Of a stretch of 12,795 nucleotides of DNA, positions 1 through 8,808 are shown piece after piece (position 1 is the stretch's first letter; each line of letters begins with the position of its first letter). The stretch lies in the UHGV virus genome UHGV-0061597; one strand, written 5' to 3'. The stretch comes from a virus. Under the pieces are notes generated by a model. That model worked only from the letters and a program-made list of their open reading frames with translations, was not told the DNA's origin and made no database searches. The position numbers and the translations under genes were made by a program.

Positions 1-8
1 TGACTACT

Positions 9-821
9 ATGTCTCTCGGTGCACTTGGGCCAGAAAAGGCGTTTGCTGTTCAGGATAAGATGGTTGGTCGCCAGCAGGAGCAGCAAAGAATTAACGAAAC
101 CATTCGCAATAATGACATGACGAATGCGAGGGCTATTAGGGGGCAGGATCTTTCCTATAAGGCTCAAATGGCAAGACTGAATCACGACAAGTATGTGTTT
201 AAGCAGTCACAGGCGGCTCTTGAAAGAGCAGGACAACTTCAGGATATGGATGTTTTGTCTCTTAACTCACAGATAGCAGCGACGGGAATTGATCCGCTAA
301 CCGGTAAAGCTGCAACGTCAGCCAGAATGTCTCAGGCTAAGAGATGGCTTGATGGCAACAATAATTACAACAATGCGTTGATTACTGGTGAGCGAGGGAT
401 AGAGAAAATAGATTCTTTGCTTGGTAAGAAGGAGCTTGAAGGTATCGGTCGCTTCGAAGGAAGAAATATAGATGGCTTCACAAGTGCTGAAGGGCTTGCA
501 AACCGTAATGCGATAGAAGAATTAAAGTCGGGTGCGTTTGTCCAGAACGTGCAGACTATGCGAGGTATGGGTAGCCTCTCCAATGCTGAAGGACAAAAAC
601 TGGAAAACCTTATCGCGAAACTCGATATAACACAGCCTGAAGAGGTCGTCAGAAAACAGTTATCTGAAATCCGATCGCAATATTCTGTATTTCAAAAGGT
701 TGCAGCAAGGGAGGCTGAATCAATGGGATATAGTTCATCAGGTTATGACACATATGTTAGTGAGCGAAAATCAGGAAGCGACAGCAATAAGTCCGGTTTC
801 TCGTCTTTATGGGGTGATTAA
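9..821 (+). CDS. Phage virion internal/DNA-ejection protein candidate (gp20-like position); the 5' end may lie upstream of the window
   Basis: 270-aa ORF, ATG at 9 with no in-frame stop in the 8 nt before it, so the true start could be outside the window. Stop TAA 819-821 overlaps the ATG of the next gene by 1 nt (TAATG). Gln/Ala/Gly-rich, low-complexity composition. Lies immediately upstream of a large Ala/Gly-rich protein and of the sieA-equivalent and immI region, matching the P22 order 7-20-16-sieA-immI-9. Product assignment is by synteny and composition only. Confidence 0.5.
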   Translation: MSLGALGPEKAFAVQDKMVGRQQEQQRINETIRNNDMTNARAIRGQDLSYKAQMARLNHDKYVFKQSQAALERAGQLQDMDVLSLNSQIAATGIDPLTGKAATSARMSQAKRWLDGNNNYNNALITGERGIEKIDSLLGKKELEGIGRFEGRNIDGFTSAEGLANRNAIEELKSGAFVQNVQTMRGMGSLSNAEGQKLENLIAKLDITQPEEVVRKQLSEIRSQYSVFQKVAAREAESMGYSSSGYDTYVSERKSGSDSNKSGFSSLWGD

Positions 822-2977
822 TGGCTAAAGCATGGAAAGATGTTATCGCTTCTCCACAGTATCAGGCGTTAACTGAAGAACAGAAAGCACAGGCTCAAGC
901 GCAATATTTTGATGAGGTTGTTGCCCCTAAGGCTGGTGACAAATGGGCTGAAGCAAGAGATCAGTTTTATGCAGCATACCCTCCACCTCAGCAGCAGAAA
1001 GAAGAACCATCATTGATGCAACAAGCTGGCGATTGGCTCACTGGTGGTCAAAGTGCAGGGCAAATTGCAGAACAGGCTGGTCGTGGTCTGGTAAACATAC
1101 CATTTGACGTATTGCAGGGTGGCGCAAGTCTGATTAATGCAATCAGCCAGGGGCTTGGTGGCCCCAAGGTTTTGGATGATGTTTATCGCCCTGTCGATCG
1201 ACCTACAGACCCTTACGCGCAAGCCGGTGAAACAATTGGTGGGTATCTCCTGCCAATTGGCACAGCGGCAAAAGCTGCTGGAGCGCCAGCAAAGCTCGCT
1301 GGAGATATCGGTTCCGCAGGAAACATGATTGCAGGTTCTCTTGCTGATGCTGCAAATCAGGATGGGGACTTTGCACAAAATGCTGCCATTAACGGTGGTA
1401 TCAATATTGGTGCTCAAGGCGTTCTTTCAGGTGTCGGGCGCGTTATTGCGCCAAGGGTTTCACAGGCTCTTGGTGGTGCGGCACTGAATTCTGCTAATGA
1501 TGTTTCTAGGATGGCAAAGTCAGGTGCTGGGCGTCAGTCAATTGCCAGTCAGGCCGCTAATGTGTCCGAAGATGTAGCAAAAGCGGCTGAGTCTGCTGGA
1601 ATTGATATAAACGCATTAACACCAGGAATGCGATCTGGAAGTCGTGGAATTGCACAAGCCGAAGGGATATTGGCATCCGAACCAGGAATTGTTCAGGATG
1701 CACATACTAGGGCTTTTAGTGAAATACAGTCGAAATTCCACTCAGCACTTGATGAACTTGGTGCTGAGGCTGGATCTGCATCAGAAAAAAGTGCAGCCAT
1801 AAAACAAAGGGTTTTAGCAAGTATTGATAAAATGAAGAACTCAGAAAAGGCAGCATGGGATAGCGTACGCTCCACGATGCCTGACGCAAAGGCCAGAATG
1901 TCAAACCTGAACGCTACAATTCAGGGTGATATTTTGGCTGGTATGCCGCTAACTCCTGAGATGAAACAATTTGCATCGGCTTATGCTAAAACTGGTAAAA
2001 AAGGAATCACGTTTGATGCCATGAAGGCATGGCGAAGTAAACTTGCTGACGCTGAGCAGAAGTATATAAGGTCTGGTGAGGCAAATACGGCAAGGCGCAT
2101 GGCGGAGCTTCGTGATGCAGCAACGGAAGATATGCGCATAATGGCTCAAAATGGCGGTTTTCTTGATGACTGGCAAAAAGCTAATGATCTGTCAAAAGCA
2201 AGATTTACAGCACAAGAACAGGCTGAAGCAGCGTTTAGAAACCTTGCAACTGATCAGTTAGTCACTGATGGTATTAAAGCCTTGCAAAATTCATCAAAAA
2301 GTGGGACAGGAAAGTTTCATCAGATTATTGGCGCACTGCCAGAGTCTGAGCGATCTCCAGCAATTGCATCAATATTACAAGATGCGGTATCGCAAGGGGT
2401 GCGTGGCGGTAAATCAGAGTCTGCTGGCGTATTCCATATAGCGTCGATCCTTACGCCGCAGAATATTACTGCCATTAGCAAGCACTCGCCAGAAATGGGT
2501 AAGATTGCTAGGGCATACAGCGACCTTGCCAGAGCAGCAACCAGACCACTGCGATATGTAGAGCATACGGGGCGCTCTATACCGGCAATTAACTCTCTTG
2601 AGCAAGGACTGCCAAAAGCTGTCATGACAGTTCTCAATGCAATAGGCAATTCAACATCAGGGGCTATTGTTGGTACCACTGGTGGAGGGATTGTTGGCGG
2701 TGTTGTGGGGGCTGTTTCTGGATCTATAGCTAAAGGGACGATAGAAAAGTTAGCTGCATCCCGCAGTGGTCGTTACGCTATTGAAAAGGCTGTTCAAGAG
2801 GCAACAAAGGCAGTTAAGGTTGGGGCAAGTGATGGTGCATTAGCGGCGGCTGAACGCAGATTTATGGCAAATAAAGCTGCTGTAAAAGCGATACGTGATA
2901 CCGTCGGAAACGAAGAGTTTCAGCGCTTAGCGAGGGGTGGGATTGTGGCATCGCTAAGCGGAATGGAGCGGGAGTAA
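821..2977 (+). CDS. Phage DNA-ejection (injection) protein candidate, gp16-like by position
   Basis: 718-aa ORF translationally coupled to the upstream ORF. Ala/Gly/Gln-rich, with a C-terminal glycine-zipper-like hydrophobic stretch ([25 protein letters not shown]), as expected of membrane-interacting ejection proteins. It is the last gene before the opposite-strand cargo and immI region. The specific family is not verified. Confidence 0.55.
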   Translation: MAKAWKDVIASPQYQALTEEQKAQAQAQYFDEVVAPKAGDKWAEARDQFYAAYPPPQQQKEEPSLMQQAGDWLTGGQSAGQIAEQAGRGLVNIPFDVLQGGASLINAISQGLGGPKVLDDVYRPVDRPTDPYAQAGETIGGYLLPIGTAAKAAGAPAKLAGDIGSAGNMIAGSLADAANQDGDFAQNAAINGGINIGAQGVLSGVGRVIAPRVSQALGGAALNSANDVSRMAKSGAGRQSIASQAANVSEDVAKAAESAGIDINALTPGMRSGSRGIAQAEGILASEPGIVQDAHTRAFSEIQSKFHSALDELGAEAGSASEKSAAIKQRVLASIDKMKNSEKAAWDSVRSTMPDAKARMSNLNATIQGDILAGMPLTPEMKQFASAYAKTGKKGITFDAMKAWRSKLADAEQKYIRSGEANTARRMAELRDAATEDMRIMAQNGGFLDDWQKANDLSKARFTAQEQAEAAFRNLATDQLVTDGIKALQNSSKSGTGKFHQIIGALPESERSPAIASILQDAVSQGVRGGKSESAGVFHIASILTPQNITAISKHSPEMGKIARAYSDLARAATRPLRYVEHTGRSIPAINSLEQGLPKAVMTVLNAIGNSTSGAIVGTTGGGIVGGVVGAVSGSIAKGTIEKLAASRSGRYAIEKAVQEATKAVKVGASDGALAAAERRFMANKAAVKAIRDTVGNEEFQRLARGGIVASLSGMERE

Positions 2978-3001
2978 TTAGTAATCCACGGATGGATTCG
3001 T

Positions 3002-3424
3002 TTAGCCATCGGATAGGCGCTCTTTTGCCTCTTCGATTAAATCAGCACAAATAAGAGGTAGCTCTGATGAAACAACTTCCCAGCCAGATTTTTTAACAAC
3101 TTCATTTAACCACTCTTCTCGATCGTGAGTTCCTCTTCTTTTTTCTAGGAGGAAGATTTGAGAGTAAATCTGAATGGCCTTCTCGTTTAGATAAAACGCA
3201 TATTGCCTGTTTAAAACAACATCTGCAAGTATATCAATGCCTTGTTGGGTTTTTGCCGCTACATCTGGCTCTACTCCCATACGAATAGATAAATCGCATA
3301 ACTCAACAAATGCACGCTCTTCAGCGTCGTATTTCATTTTGTAAAAATGTGAAGCCAGTTTTTGTGTTTCGGCGAGTTCTGCCCTTAATTTTTTTATCTT
3401 GCTTCTCGTTAATATACCAAACAC
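3002..3424 (-). CDS. Hypothetical protein, third gene of the minus-strand cargo cassette; start probably GTG at 3424, alternative GTG at 3487
   Basis: The ORF track gives 3002..3487 (161 aa), but its first codon is GTG and the first ATG is 50 codons in. An in-frame GTG at 3424-3422 is preceded by a strong Shine-Dalgarno on the minus strand (AAGGAGG, 5-nt spacer), giving about 140 aa. No transmembrane segment and no motif I recognise. AT-rich codon usage like the two genes upstream of it. Confidence 0.6.
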   Translation of the reverse strand: MFGILTRSKIKKLRAELAETQKLASHFYKMKYDAEERAFVELCDLSIRMGVEPDVAAKTQQGIDILADVVLNRQYAFYLNEKAIQIYSQIFLLEKRRGTHDREEWLNEVVKKSGWEVVSSELPLICADLIEEAKERLSDG

Positions 3425-3551
3425 ACCAACCTCCTTAGTTTTACGCAGGATACCAGATGGTTTGGAGTGAGATAAAGGTTTGTCCACTTTTGGCTATAGC
3501 TTTATGTATCCGTGACGGATGTAATTATCACGGATGCATAAAAATTATATT

Positions 3552-4100
3552 TTAGTGTAATCTCTGATCGTCTGAATCGTGTAAGAACTCCATGAGACTT
3601 TGAACCGGAATTGGTTCTATTGATGACAATGTGAACACAGGAATATTGAGACTTTTGCAACGCTCAAACACTCCCTTATCATGAGTCCATACCTCGTCAG
3701 CATTAATTGCTCTTGCAATTGCTATTATTTGTCTGTCAAACTTAATTTTATTTGCTGTACCTTCTGTGCTAATTTTCCTTAATTCTTTTAATGTTGGTAT
3801 CGATGCGCATTCAATAGCAGCCAACTCATCAAATGATACAGTCTCGAAGCACGATAACGATTTGATAACATTCAGTTTTTCTTGTTGGTAATCTTTATGG
3901 ATTCCAACTAAAAACTCCGCCAATACAGGAGTTGGAACGATGATTGTCCCGTTCTTGTTATCTATTCGATCAACAAGAGCTTCTGCTCTTCTTTTGGCAT
4001 CTGGAATCTCAGAACCAAGTATAGGGTCAGATAATCTATAATCGTGTTCTATATCTGATAGTAGGTATACCAGAATATTGGTATCTAAAATTACTCGCAA
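3552..4100 (-). CDS. PIN-domain (VapC-like) putative ribonuclease
   Basis: 182-aa translation starts MRVILDTNILVYLL, the typical PIN beta1 motif with the first catalytic Asp. Further acidic residues are spaced as in PIN folds (LAEF, DRQIIAIA, WTHDKG). TTG start at 4100-4098 preceded by GAGGAAG. It overlaps the stop of the upstream gene by 10 nt, which indicates translational coupling. Confidence 0.75.
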   Translation of the reverse strand: MRVILDTNILVYLLSDIEHDYRLSDPILGSEIPDAKRRAEALVDRIDNKNGTIIVPTPVLAEFLVGIHKDYQQEKLNVIKSLSCFETVSFDELAAIECASIPTLKELRKISTEGTANKIKFDRQIIAIARAINADEVWTHDKGVFERCKSLNIPVFTLSSIEPIPVQSLMEFLHDSDDQRLH

Positions 4101-4810
4101 TTTATCTTCCTCAGAGTCCTAAGGATTGAATCAACATCGCGTTCCTCGGACCACTGATCTCCAGGAACTTGCTTGATAGCATTAATAGCATCCTTGAGTG
4201 ATGATTTTTTGAGCAATACAAATGAAGTTATTTTTAGTTTCTTTAGCTCCCATTTGTTGTTCTTTTTTTCCCAGCACCCATCTCCTTTAACCCTAATATA
4301 TTTGAATAGATGGGACCCAAGAGCTGCCGCCAAATCAGGGGTTGCCTCGCACTTGAATGTTTCACCGTTGGCTCCCTCAATACGCACAGGTATTGAGTTG
4401 TCTTTTCCGCCAACACTGTATAGCCTTCCTTGAACTTCTGACGTTTTTGTTATGAGTAAAGGGATTGGCTCCTTTTTTACTCGCGGGAATGCGATAATGG
4501 TTGAGTGGTTTCGTCCGAGTAGTTTCGCTGAAAAACCATCATGTTCCAGTAAATTAACAATTTTTTGATACGCGGGTGATTTCTCTTTGGCTGAGAGAGA
4601 GGCCCTTGCTATGACAGCGTTATAACAAATATCATTATCGACCCATGCATTTAAGTCAGCCGATCCTTCACTTACACAGTCGAAGTGAACAGAATCTGCA
4701 GAACCGTATAGATCTACGAGAGCAGACATATACTTGACCAACTTAGCCATTGACAGCTGGCCAGGGGTGGTTCCGTCAAGTTTTAATGTGAGTCCATTGC
4801 TTTTTTTCAT
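4091..4810 (-). CDS. Hypothetical protein, upstream partner of the PIN nuclease (candidate sensor or antitoxin-like component)
   Basis: 239-aa ORF with ATG at 4810-4808 and stop TAA at 4093-4091, overlapping the PIN gene start. No transmembrane segment, no Walker motif, no family I recognise. Far larger than a canonical VapB antitoxin. Same orientation as mnt, 49 bp downstream of the mnt stop. Confidence 0.75.
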   Translation of the reverse strand: MKKSNGLTLKLDGTTPGQLSMAKLVKYMSALVDLYGSADSVHFDCVSEGSADLNAWVDNDICYNAVIARASLSAKEKSPAYQKIVNLLEHDGFSAKLLGRNHSTIIAFPRVKKEPIPLLITKTSEVQGRLYSVGGKDNSIPVRIEGANGETFKCEATPDLAAALGSHLFKYIRVKGDGCWEKKNNKWELKKLKITSFVLLKKSSLKDAINAIKQVPGDQWSEERDVDSILRTLRKINCE

Positions 4811-4859
4811 TTGTCATCACGCGAGCCAATATCGATATGGTTAACTGTACGTCATAAGC

Positions 4860-5114
4860 CTATAACTTACTTTTGCTATAAATATTTTTCAGCGTTTCAA
4901 AGACCATCTTCTTAACAACGTCAGATTGCTCATCCGCGACTCGCTCAGCTTCGTCTCGATAGCCTACAATTGATGATGGCTTTGAGAGAGCATCCTGAAC
5001 GATTTGTAATAACTCAGAGTTCATTGACCTTCCGTTAGCCTCTGCTCTTAATTTCAATTTTTCTCTTACTTCCAAAGGCATACGGAAGTTAAAGTGCGGA
5101 TCGTCTCTAGCCAT
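4860..5114 (-). CDS. mnt: Mnt repressor (ribbon-helix-helix, immI maintenance-of-lysogeny repressor)
   Basis: 84-aa translation MARDDPHFNFRMPLEVREKLKLRAEANGRSMNSELLQIVQDAL closely matches my memory of P22 Mnt, and its N-terminus has the same RHH motif as Arc. It is divergently oriented from arc, with the operators between them. Confidence 0.9.
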   Translation of the reverse strand: MARDDPHFNFRMPLEVREKLKLRAEANGRSMNSELLQIVQDALSKPSSIVGYRDEAERVADEQSDVVKKMVFETLKNIYSKSKL

Positions 5115-5141
5115 GCCATCACCCCAAGTTAGTGTATTGAC

Positions 5142-5162
5142 ATGATAGAAGCACTCTACTAT
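5142..5162. promoter_or_regulatory. Arc operator (Oarc), 21 bp
   Basis: ATGATAGAAGCACTCTACTAT matches the P22 arc operator sequence as I recall it (TAGA half-sites). It lies between the divergent mnt and arc genes, where Pant and Pmnt overlap. Confidence 0.75.
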
Positions 5163-5170
5163 ATTCTCAA

Positions 5171-5189
5171 TAGGTCCACGGTGGACCTA
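5171..5189. promoter_or_regulatory. Mnt operator (Omnt), a perfect inverted repeat overlapping Pant
   Basis: TAGGTCCAC-G-GTGGACCTA, 9-bp arms around one central base, seen directly. It contains the GGTCCACGGTGGACC core of the P22 mnt operator as I recall it and sits about 16 bp upstream of the arc ATG. Confidence 0.8.
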
Positions 5190-5204
5190 TATTGTGAGGT
5201 AAAT

Positions 5205-5363
5205 ATGAAAGGAATGAGCAAAATGCCGCAGTTCAATTTGCGGTGGCCTAAAGAAGTATTGGATTTGGTGCGCAAGGTAGCTGAAGAGAACGGGCGATCT
5301 GTTAACTCTGAGATTTATAAGCGAGTGATGGACAGCCTGAAGAGAGAGGGGATAACGGTATGA
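5205..5363 (+). CDS. arc: Arc repressor (ribbon-helix-helix)
   Basis: The ORF track starts at 5142, but the real start is the ATG at 5205 preceded by GAGG (5196-5199). The translation [52 protein letters not shown] (52 aa) is nearly identical to P22 Arc as I recall it. Confidence 0.92.
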   Translation: MKGMSKMPQFNLRWPKEVLDLVRKVAEENGRSVNSEIYKRVMDSLKREGITV

Positions 5364-5581
5364 GGTTTATTGAGGTTGATGAGATTGGCTATGAGAATGC
5401 ACTTGGTAGAGGTAAATCTTTAGTTAACGTTAATGGCATTGAGTCGATAAGGAGCGGTGAATTTACGGAGATCAGAATGATGTCAGGTGGAATCATTCCT
5501 TGCCGTGATTCAGTAGAGTCAATCAAAGCAAGAATGAGTGGTCAGTGGCTTTATAACTACAGTGACTTACAAAAACAGTGA
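5360..5581 (+). CDS. Hypothetical small protein (73 aa) translationally coupled to arc
   Basis: Its ATG overlaps the arc stop (ATGA at 5360-5363). A purine-rich tract AGAGAGGGG lies upstream. It fills a roughly 280-bp arc-ant gap that I recall being short in P22. No recognisable domain; coding status unverified. Confidence 0.4.
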   Translation: MRFIEVDEIGYENALGRGKSLVNVNGIESIRSGEFTEIRMMSGGIIPCRDSVESIKARMSGQWLYNYSDLQKQ

Positions 5582-5642
5582 AGCCCCAACTGCTGGAACA
5601 GTCGGGGCTTCGGTATCAACAAATCAGATAGGAATTATTGAT

Positions 5643-6572
5643 ATGACAAGTTTAGCAAAGTCAACATTAAATTGCACTAACAGCATCACCATTTCAGACG
5701 TCAAGATTCATATGGATTCAGAGGGGCGTTACTCGCTTAATGACCTGCACAAGGCATCAGGTAAAGAGCGTCGTCATGAGCCTGCGGCGTGGCTGCGACT
5801 CGAACAAACCAATGAGTTAGTTCAAGAAATTCTAAATACACAGATGTGTGTATTTAAAAATGGCGATAACTTTAATTCTTCAGAATCGCAGATTAAGAAG
5901 CCAATGGACTCTAAGAAGGGTCGCTACGGAGGCACCTACGTGTGCAAGGAGCTTGTTTACTCCTACGCCATGTGGATTAGCGCAGCCTTTGCGCTGAAGG
6001 TTATCCGTGCATATGACGCAATGGTTACTGCCACACAAGAGAGGAAAGCTATTGGCGGTAAAACTTCAGTAGCTGAACGCACACCGCTACGAGATGCAGT
6101 AAACATGCTGGTAGGAAAGAAAGGACTTCGCTATGACGATGCATACAATATGGTTCATCAGCGTTTTGGTATTGACAGCATTGATGAACTTTCAATTGAA
6201 CAAATCCCGCTGGCCGTAGAGTACATCCACAGGGTAGTGCTTGAAGGTGAGTTCATCGGCAAACAAGAGAAGAAAACCAACGAGCTTTCTGCAAAAGAAG
6301 CAAACAGCCTTGTATGGCTATGGGATTATGCCAACCGCTCACAGGCATTATTCCGCGAACTGTATCCGGCATTAAAACAAATTCAATCGAACTATTCCGG
6401 CAGATGTCATGACTGCGGTTATGAGTTCTCCCGTATTATCGATATAGCGAGAGACGTTTTAATCAATCACACACGAGATGTTGATATCAATGAGCCAGAC
6501 GGACCAACGAATCTTTCCGCATGGATGAGACTTAAGAATAAAGAATTACCTCCTTCAGTACATAACTACTGA
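5643..6572 (+). CDS. ant: Antirepressor, KilA-N domain type (Ant)
   Basis: The long ORF starts at 5538, but the ATG at 5643 with an upstream AGGA puts the KilA-N-like motif ([32 protein letters not shown] ... [18 protein letters not shown]) at the N-terminus. A C-terminal antirepressor-like domain follows. It sits downstream of arc in the immI operon. 309 aa from 5643. Confidence 0.8.
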   Translation: MTSLAKSTLNCTNSITISDVKIHMDSEGRYSLNDLHKASGKERRHEPAAWLRLEQTNELVQEILNTQMCVFKNGDNFNSSESQIKKPMDSKKGRYGGTYVCKELVYSYAMWISAAFALKVIRAYDAMVTATQERKAIGGKTSVAERTPLRDAVNMLVGKKGLRYDDAYNMVHQRFGIDSIDELSIEQIPLAVEYIHRVVLEGEFIGKQEKKTNELSAKEANSLVWLWDYANRSQALFRELYPALKQIQSNYSGRCHDCGYEFSRIIDIARDVLINHTRDVDINEPDGPTNLSAWMRLKNKELPPSVHNY

Positions 6573-6590
6573 CAGATAACCAACGCAACG

Positions 6591-6614
6591 ACCCAGCTTC
6601 GGCTGGGTTTTTTT
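6591..6614 (+). terminator. Rho-independent terminator after ant
   Basis: ACCCAGC-TTCG-GCTGGGT stem-loop followed by a 7-nt T run, 19 bp after the ant stop. Confidence 0.85.
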
Positions 6615-6750
6615 ATGCCCAAAATTCACCGCAGCAACTAAGCGGCGATGGCCTTGATGGATAGCACTACACAAAAAGTGTAGTGCAAAAAGCAAACAAA
6701 TACTCACCGTAGCTACGCTGCGGCGATTCATTGTATCTGGAGCAAATTAA

Positions 6751-8808
6751 ATGACAGACATTACAGCCAATGTTGTAGTGAGTATGCCTTCGCAACTCTT
6801 CACTATGGCGCGTTCTTTTAAAGCCGTAGCCAATGGCAAAATTTATATCGGTAAAATTGACACTGACCCGGTAAATCCTGAAAACCAGATTCAGGTTTAT
6901 GTGGAGAACGAAGACGGCTCTCACGTTCCTGTTCCGCAACCAATCATCATTAATGCTGCTGGATATCCGGTATATAACGGACAGATTGCCAAATTCGTTA
7001 CTGTACAGGGCCATTCTATGGCTGTTTATGATGCGTACGGTGTGCAGCAGTTCTATTTTCCGAATGTGCTGAAGTATGACCCGGATCAGTTAAGACAAGA
7101 GTTAGCAACAGAGGGTAATGAAATACTTGTTGACGACTCCCGTATTGCAGTTAAAAGTGTTCATGTAAATTCAAAACTTAGAACACAGCACAATAAAAAC
7201 GCAGAAATAATCACGCCAAATGATTTTATATCAAATTATGACATGATATCTGCAGCTATTAACTCTGGAGAGAGTGCCGCAGTATTTAATTCCAGGTATG
7301 CATTCACAATAACAGTTGGGGAATATGGTAATTTTAAATCTATTAGTGATGCTCTAAACTCGGCTGTTGCACTGCGTCCACTATGGAAAAATGGCATTGA
7401 CTTTTGCATAATTAAAATTCTTTCCGGTTTTGTGCTCAATGAGCAAATAGAAATTTCAGCAGGATGTGACTTATCATGGATTAAAATAATATCAGAAGAC
7501 TCAGTGGTTTTCTCTGATACCAGTTTGTTTACTAAAACTGTTAGGACGTATTACGAATACAAATATTTATTTTACATTTGCGATGCAGCAAAAAGTCCTG
7601 TATTTGCTATTCAGATTGAAGAAAATAGAGATGATAGCGATGTTTGTGCATTTATTGTAACTCAAAAAGCTGAACTTAATTTCTATCCGTATTCAGGTGC
7701 TCGAAAGTTCTACGTTGGAATTCATGGTAGTTTTGGTGCAAAAATTAGTGCATATCATACCGGATGTGCTCCTGATGAGGAAAGTGTTGCTGCATATATG
7801 CCAGAAGGATATTACGTATGTGATTTTTCTTATAGCAGATACTCTTCCCTGCAACTGGTAAATAATGTCAAGGCATCAATGCCTGTAAGCAAGTTTGAAC
7901 GGTGCACAGAGAGTACGGTTGCGTCAGTTAATTGTATTTATAATGTTAAAGCAGATTTTCAGGGGTCAAGTGCAAGCTATTGTTATATAGGATGGAATGT
8001 AAGAGATGGTTCAAATGTTAATATACGCGACCATAAAACTATACATTGCTCATATCGTGGATTAACCTGCATTCATACAGCATATGTTGATGCAAGACGA
8101 CATGACGTTGAAGAAAGTGATGCAGAAACAAGTGGTAAAGTCCTTGAACCAAATATTGAAAAAGGTTTTTATGGATGTGCACTTGGTGTGCGTATTGATG
8201 GTGCGGGTTGCGTTGATGTTGCTGGTAATGATATGCGCAATTGTGGAACAGCCGTTAATGCAGACACTGGTGCTGTTATTTCAGGAAAGGCTGTAGATAT
8301 CTCAGGGGCTGAGCTGGGATTTGATTGCCATGCAGGAGCATCTGTTAATTTTCCAAGGCTATGGGGTACAGATATAAAAAAATTAATGCACCTCCAAGAT
8401 GGTGTAAGGTTTAACTCTAATATTTGTCATGTATTTGGTGCAAATCCCACAAAAGATATTAGATGGATTGATGTAGAGAGATCTGAAGCTTCTTTTATGA
8501 ATGCAACGCTGGATGCAGATTCAGGATTTATTGCCGACTGTGGTAGTAGGATAACCATTGAAGGAAGTAAAGTTAAAAACCAAACAATAAGAAGTTTTTT
8601 TGGATCACATGTGGCTATAAATAATACTGTTGCTGACAGAACTTATTCAGATATAGCCGATGTTCCGCAGTTGACTATTAGTGGAGGATCTTTTATTTCT
8701 GCTACAGGATATTCTAATTCTGACTCCAGCCCTCTTAGGTTGAGCACAACACGAAATACACTTGGAGTTGGAGGAGCCATATTTTCAACCAATGGGGAAG
8801 TTTCATGA
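6751..8808 (+). CDS. Tailspike protein: P22-like N-terminal head-binding domain fused to a divergent receptor-binding domain
   Basis: The first ~113 aa ([34 protein letters not shown] ... NVLKYDPDQ) closely match the P22 gp9 N-terminal domain as I recall it. The remaining ~570 aa show no resemblance to P22 gp9 and are Cys-rich and AT-rich. GGAG lies upstream of the ATG. 685 aa. Confidence 0.92.
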   Translation: MTDITANVVVSMPSQLFTMARSFKAVANGKIYIGKIDTDPVNPENQIQVYVENEDGSHVPVPQPIIINAAGYPVYNGQIAKFVTVQGHSMAVYDAYGVQQFYFPNVLKYDPDQLRQELATEGNEILVDDSRIAVKSVHVNSKLRTQHNKNAEIITPNDFISNYDMISAAINSGESAAVFNSRYAFTITVGEYGNFKSISDALNSAVALRPLWKNGIDFCIIKILSGFVLNEQIEISAGCDLSWIKIISEDSVVFSDTSLFTKTVRTYYEYKYLFYICDAAKSPVFAIQIEENRDDSDVCAFIVTQKAELNFYPYSGARKFYVGIHGSFGAKISAYHTGCAPDEESVAAYMPEGYYVCDFSYSRYSSLQLVNNVKASMPVSKFERCTESTVASVNCIYNVKADFQGSSASYCYIGWNVRDGSNVNIRDHKTIHCSYRGLTCIHTAYVDARRHDVEESDAETSGKVLEPNIEKGFYGCALGVRIDGAGCVDVAGNDMRNCGTAVNADTGAVISGKAVDISGAELGFDCHAGASVNFPRLWGTDIKKLMHLQDGVRFNSNICHVFGANPTKDIRWIDVERSEASFMNATLDADSGFIADCGSRITIEGSKVKNQTIRSFFGSHVAINNTVADRTYSDIADVPQLTISGGSFISATGYSNSDSSPLRLSTTRNTLGVGGAIFSTNGEVS

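Noticed and set aside
365-583. 72-aa minus-strand ORF inside the first ejection-protein gene
   Set aside because: Lies wholly inside a longer, better-supported plus-strand ORF and has no ribosome-binding site. Likely a frame artefact.
1010-2679. Several 60-135-aa ORFs on both strands inside the 718-aa gene (1010..1417, 1137..1328, 1693..1904, 1949..2176, 2320..2679)
   Set aside because: All are nested inside the long ejection-protein ORF, Cys- and Ser-rich as expected of antisense or off-frame translation of a GC-biased gene.
3552-4810. Canonical VapBC toxin-antitoxin annotation for the PIN pair
   Set aside because: The upstream partner is 239 aa with no RHH, AbrB or HTH-like N-terminus that I can see. 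The architecture does not fit a classical type II VapB, so it is reported as a candidate novel system instead.
5142-5204. N-terminal extension of arc (ORF track start at 5142)
   Set aside because: The extension would start exactly on the Arc operator and cross the Mnt operator and promoter. The ATG at 5205 has a GAGG ribosome-binding site and gives the canonical Arc length.
5538-5642. Upstream start for the antirepressor ORF (344 aa)
   Set aside because: It would overlap the 73-aa ORF and the hairpin at 5584-5610 and push the KilA-N domain about 50 residues from the N-terminus. The start at 5643 is preferred but not proven.
6667-7014. 115-aa minus-strand ORF overlapping the tailspike start
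   Set aside because: Antisense to the highly conserved tailspike N-terminal coding region. Artefact.
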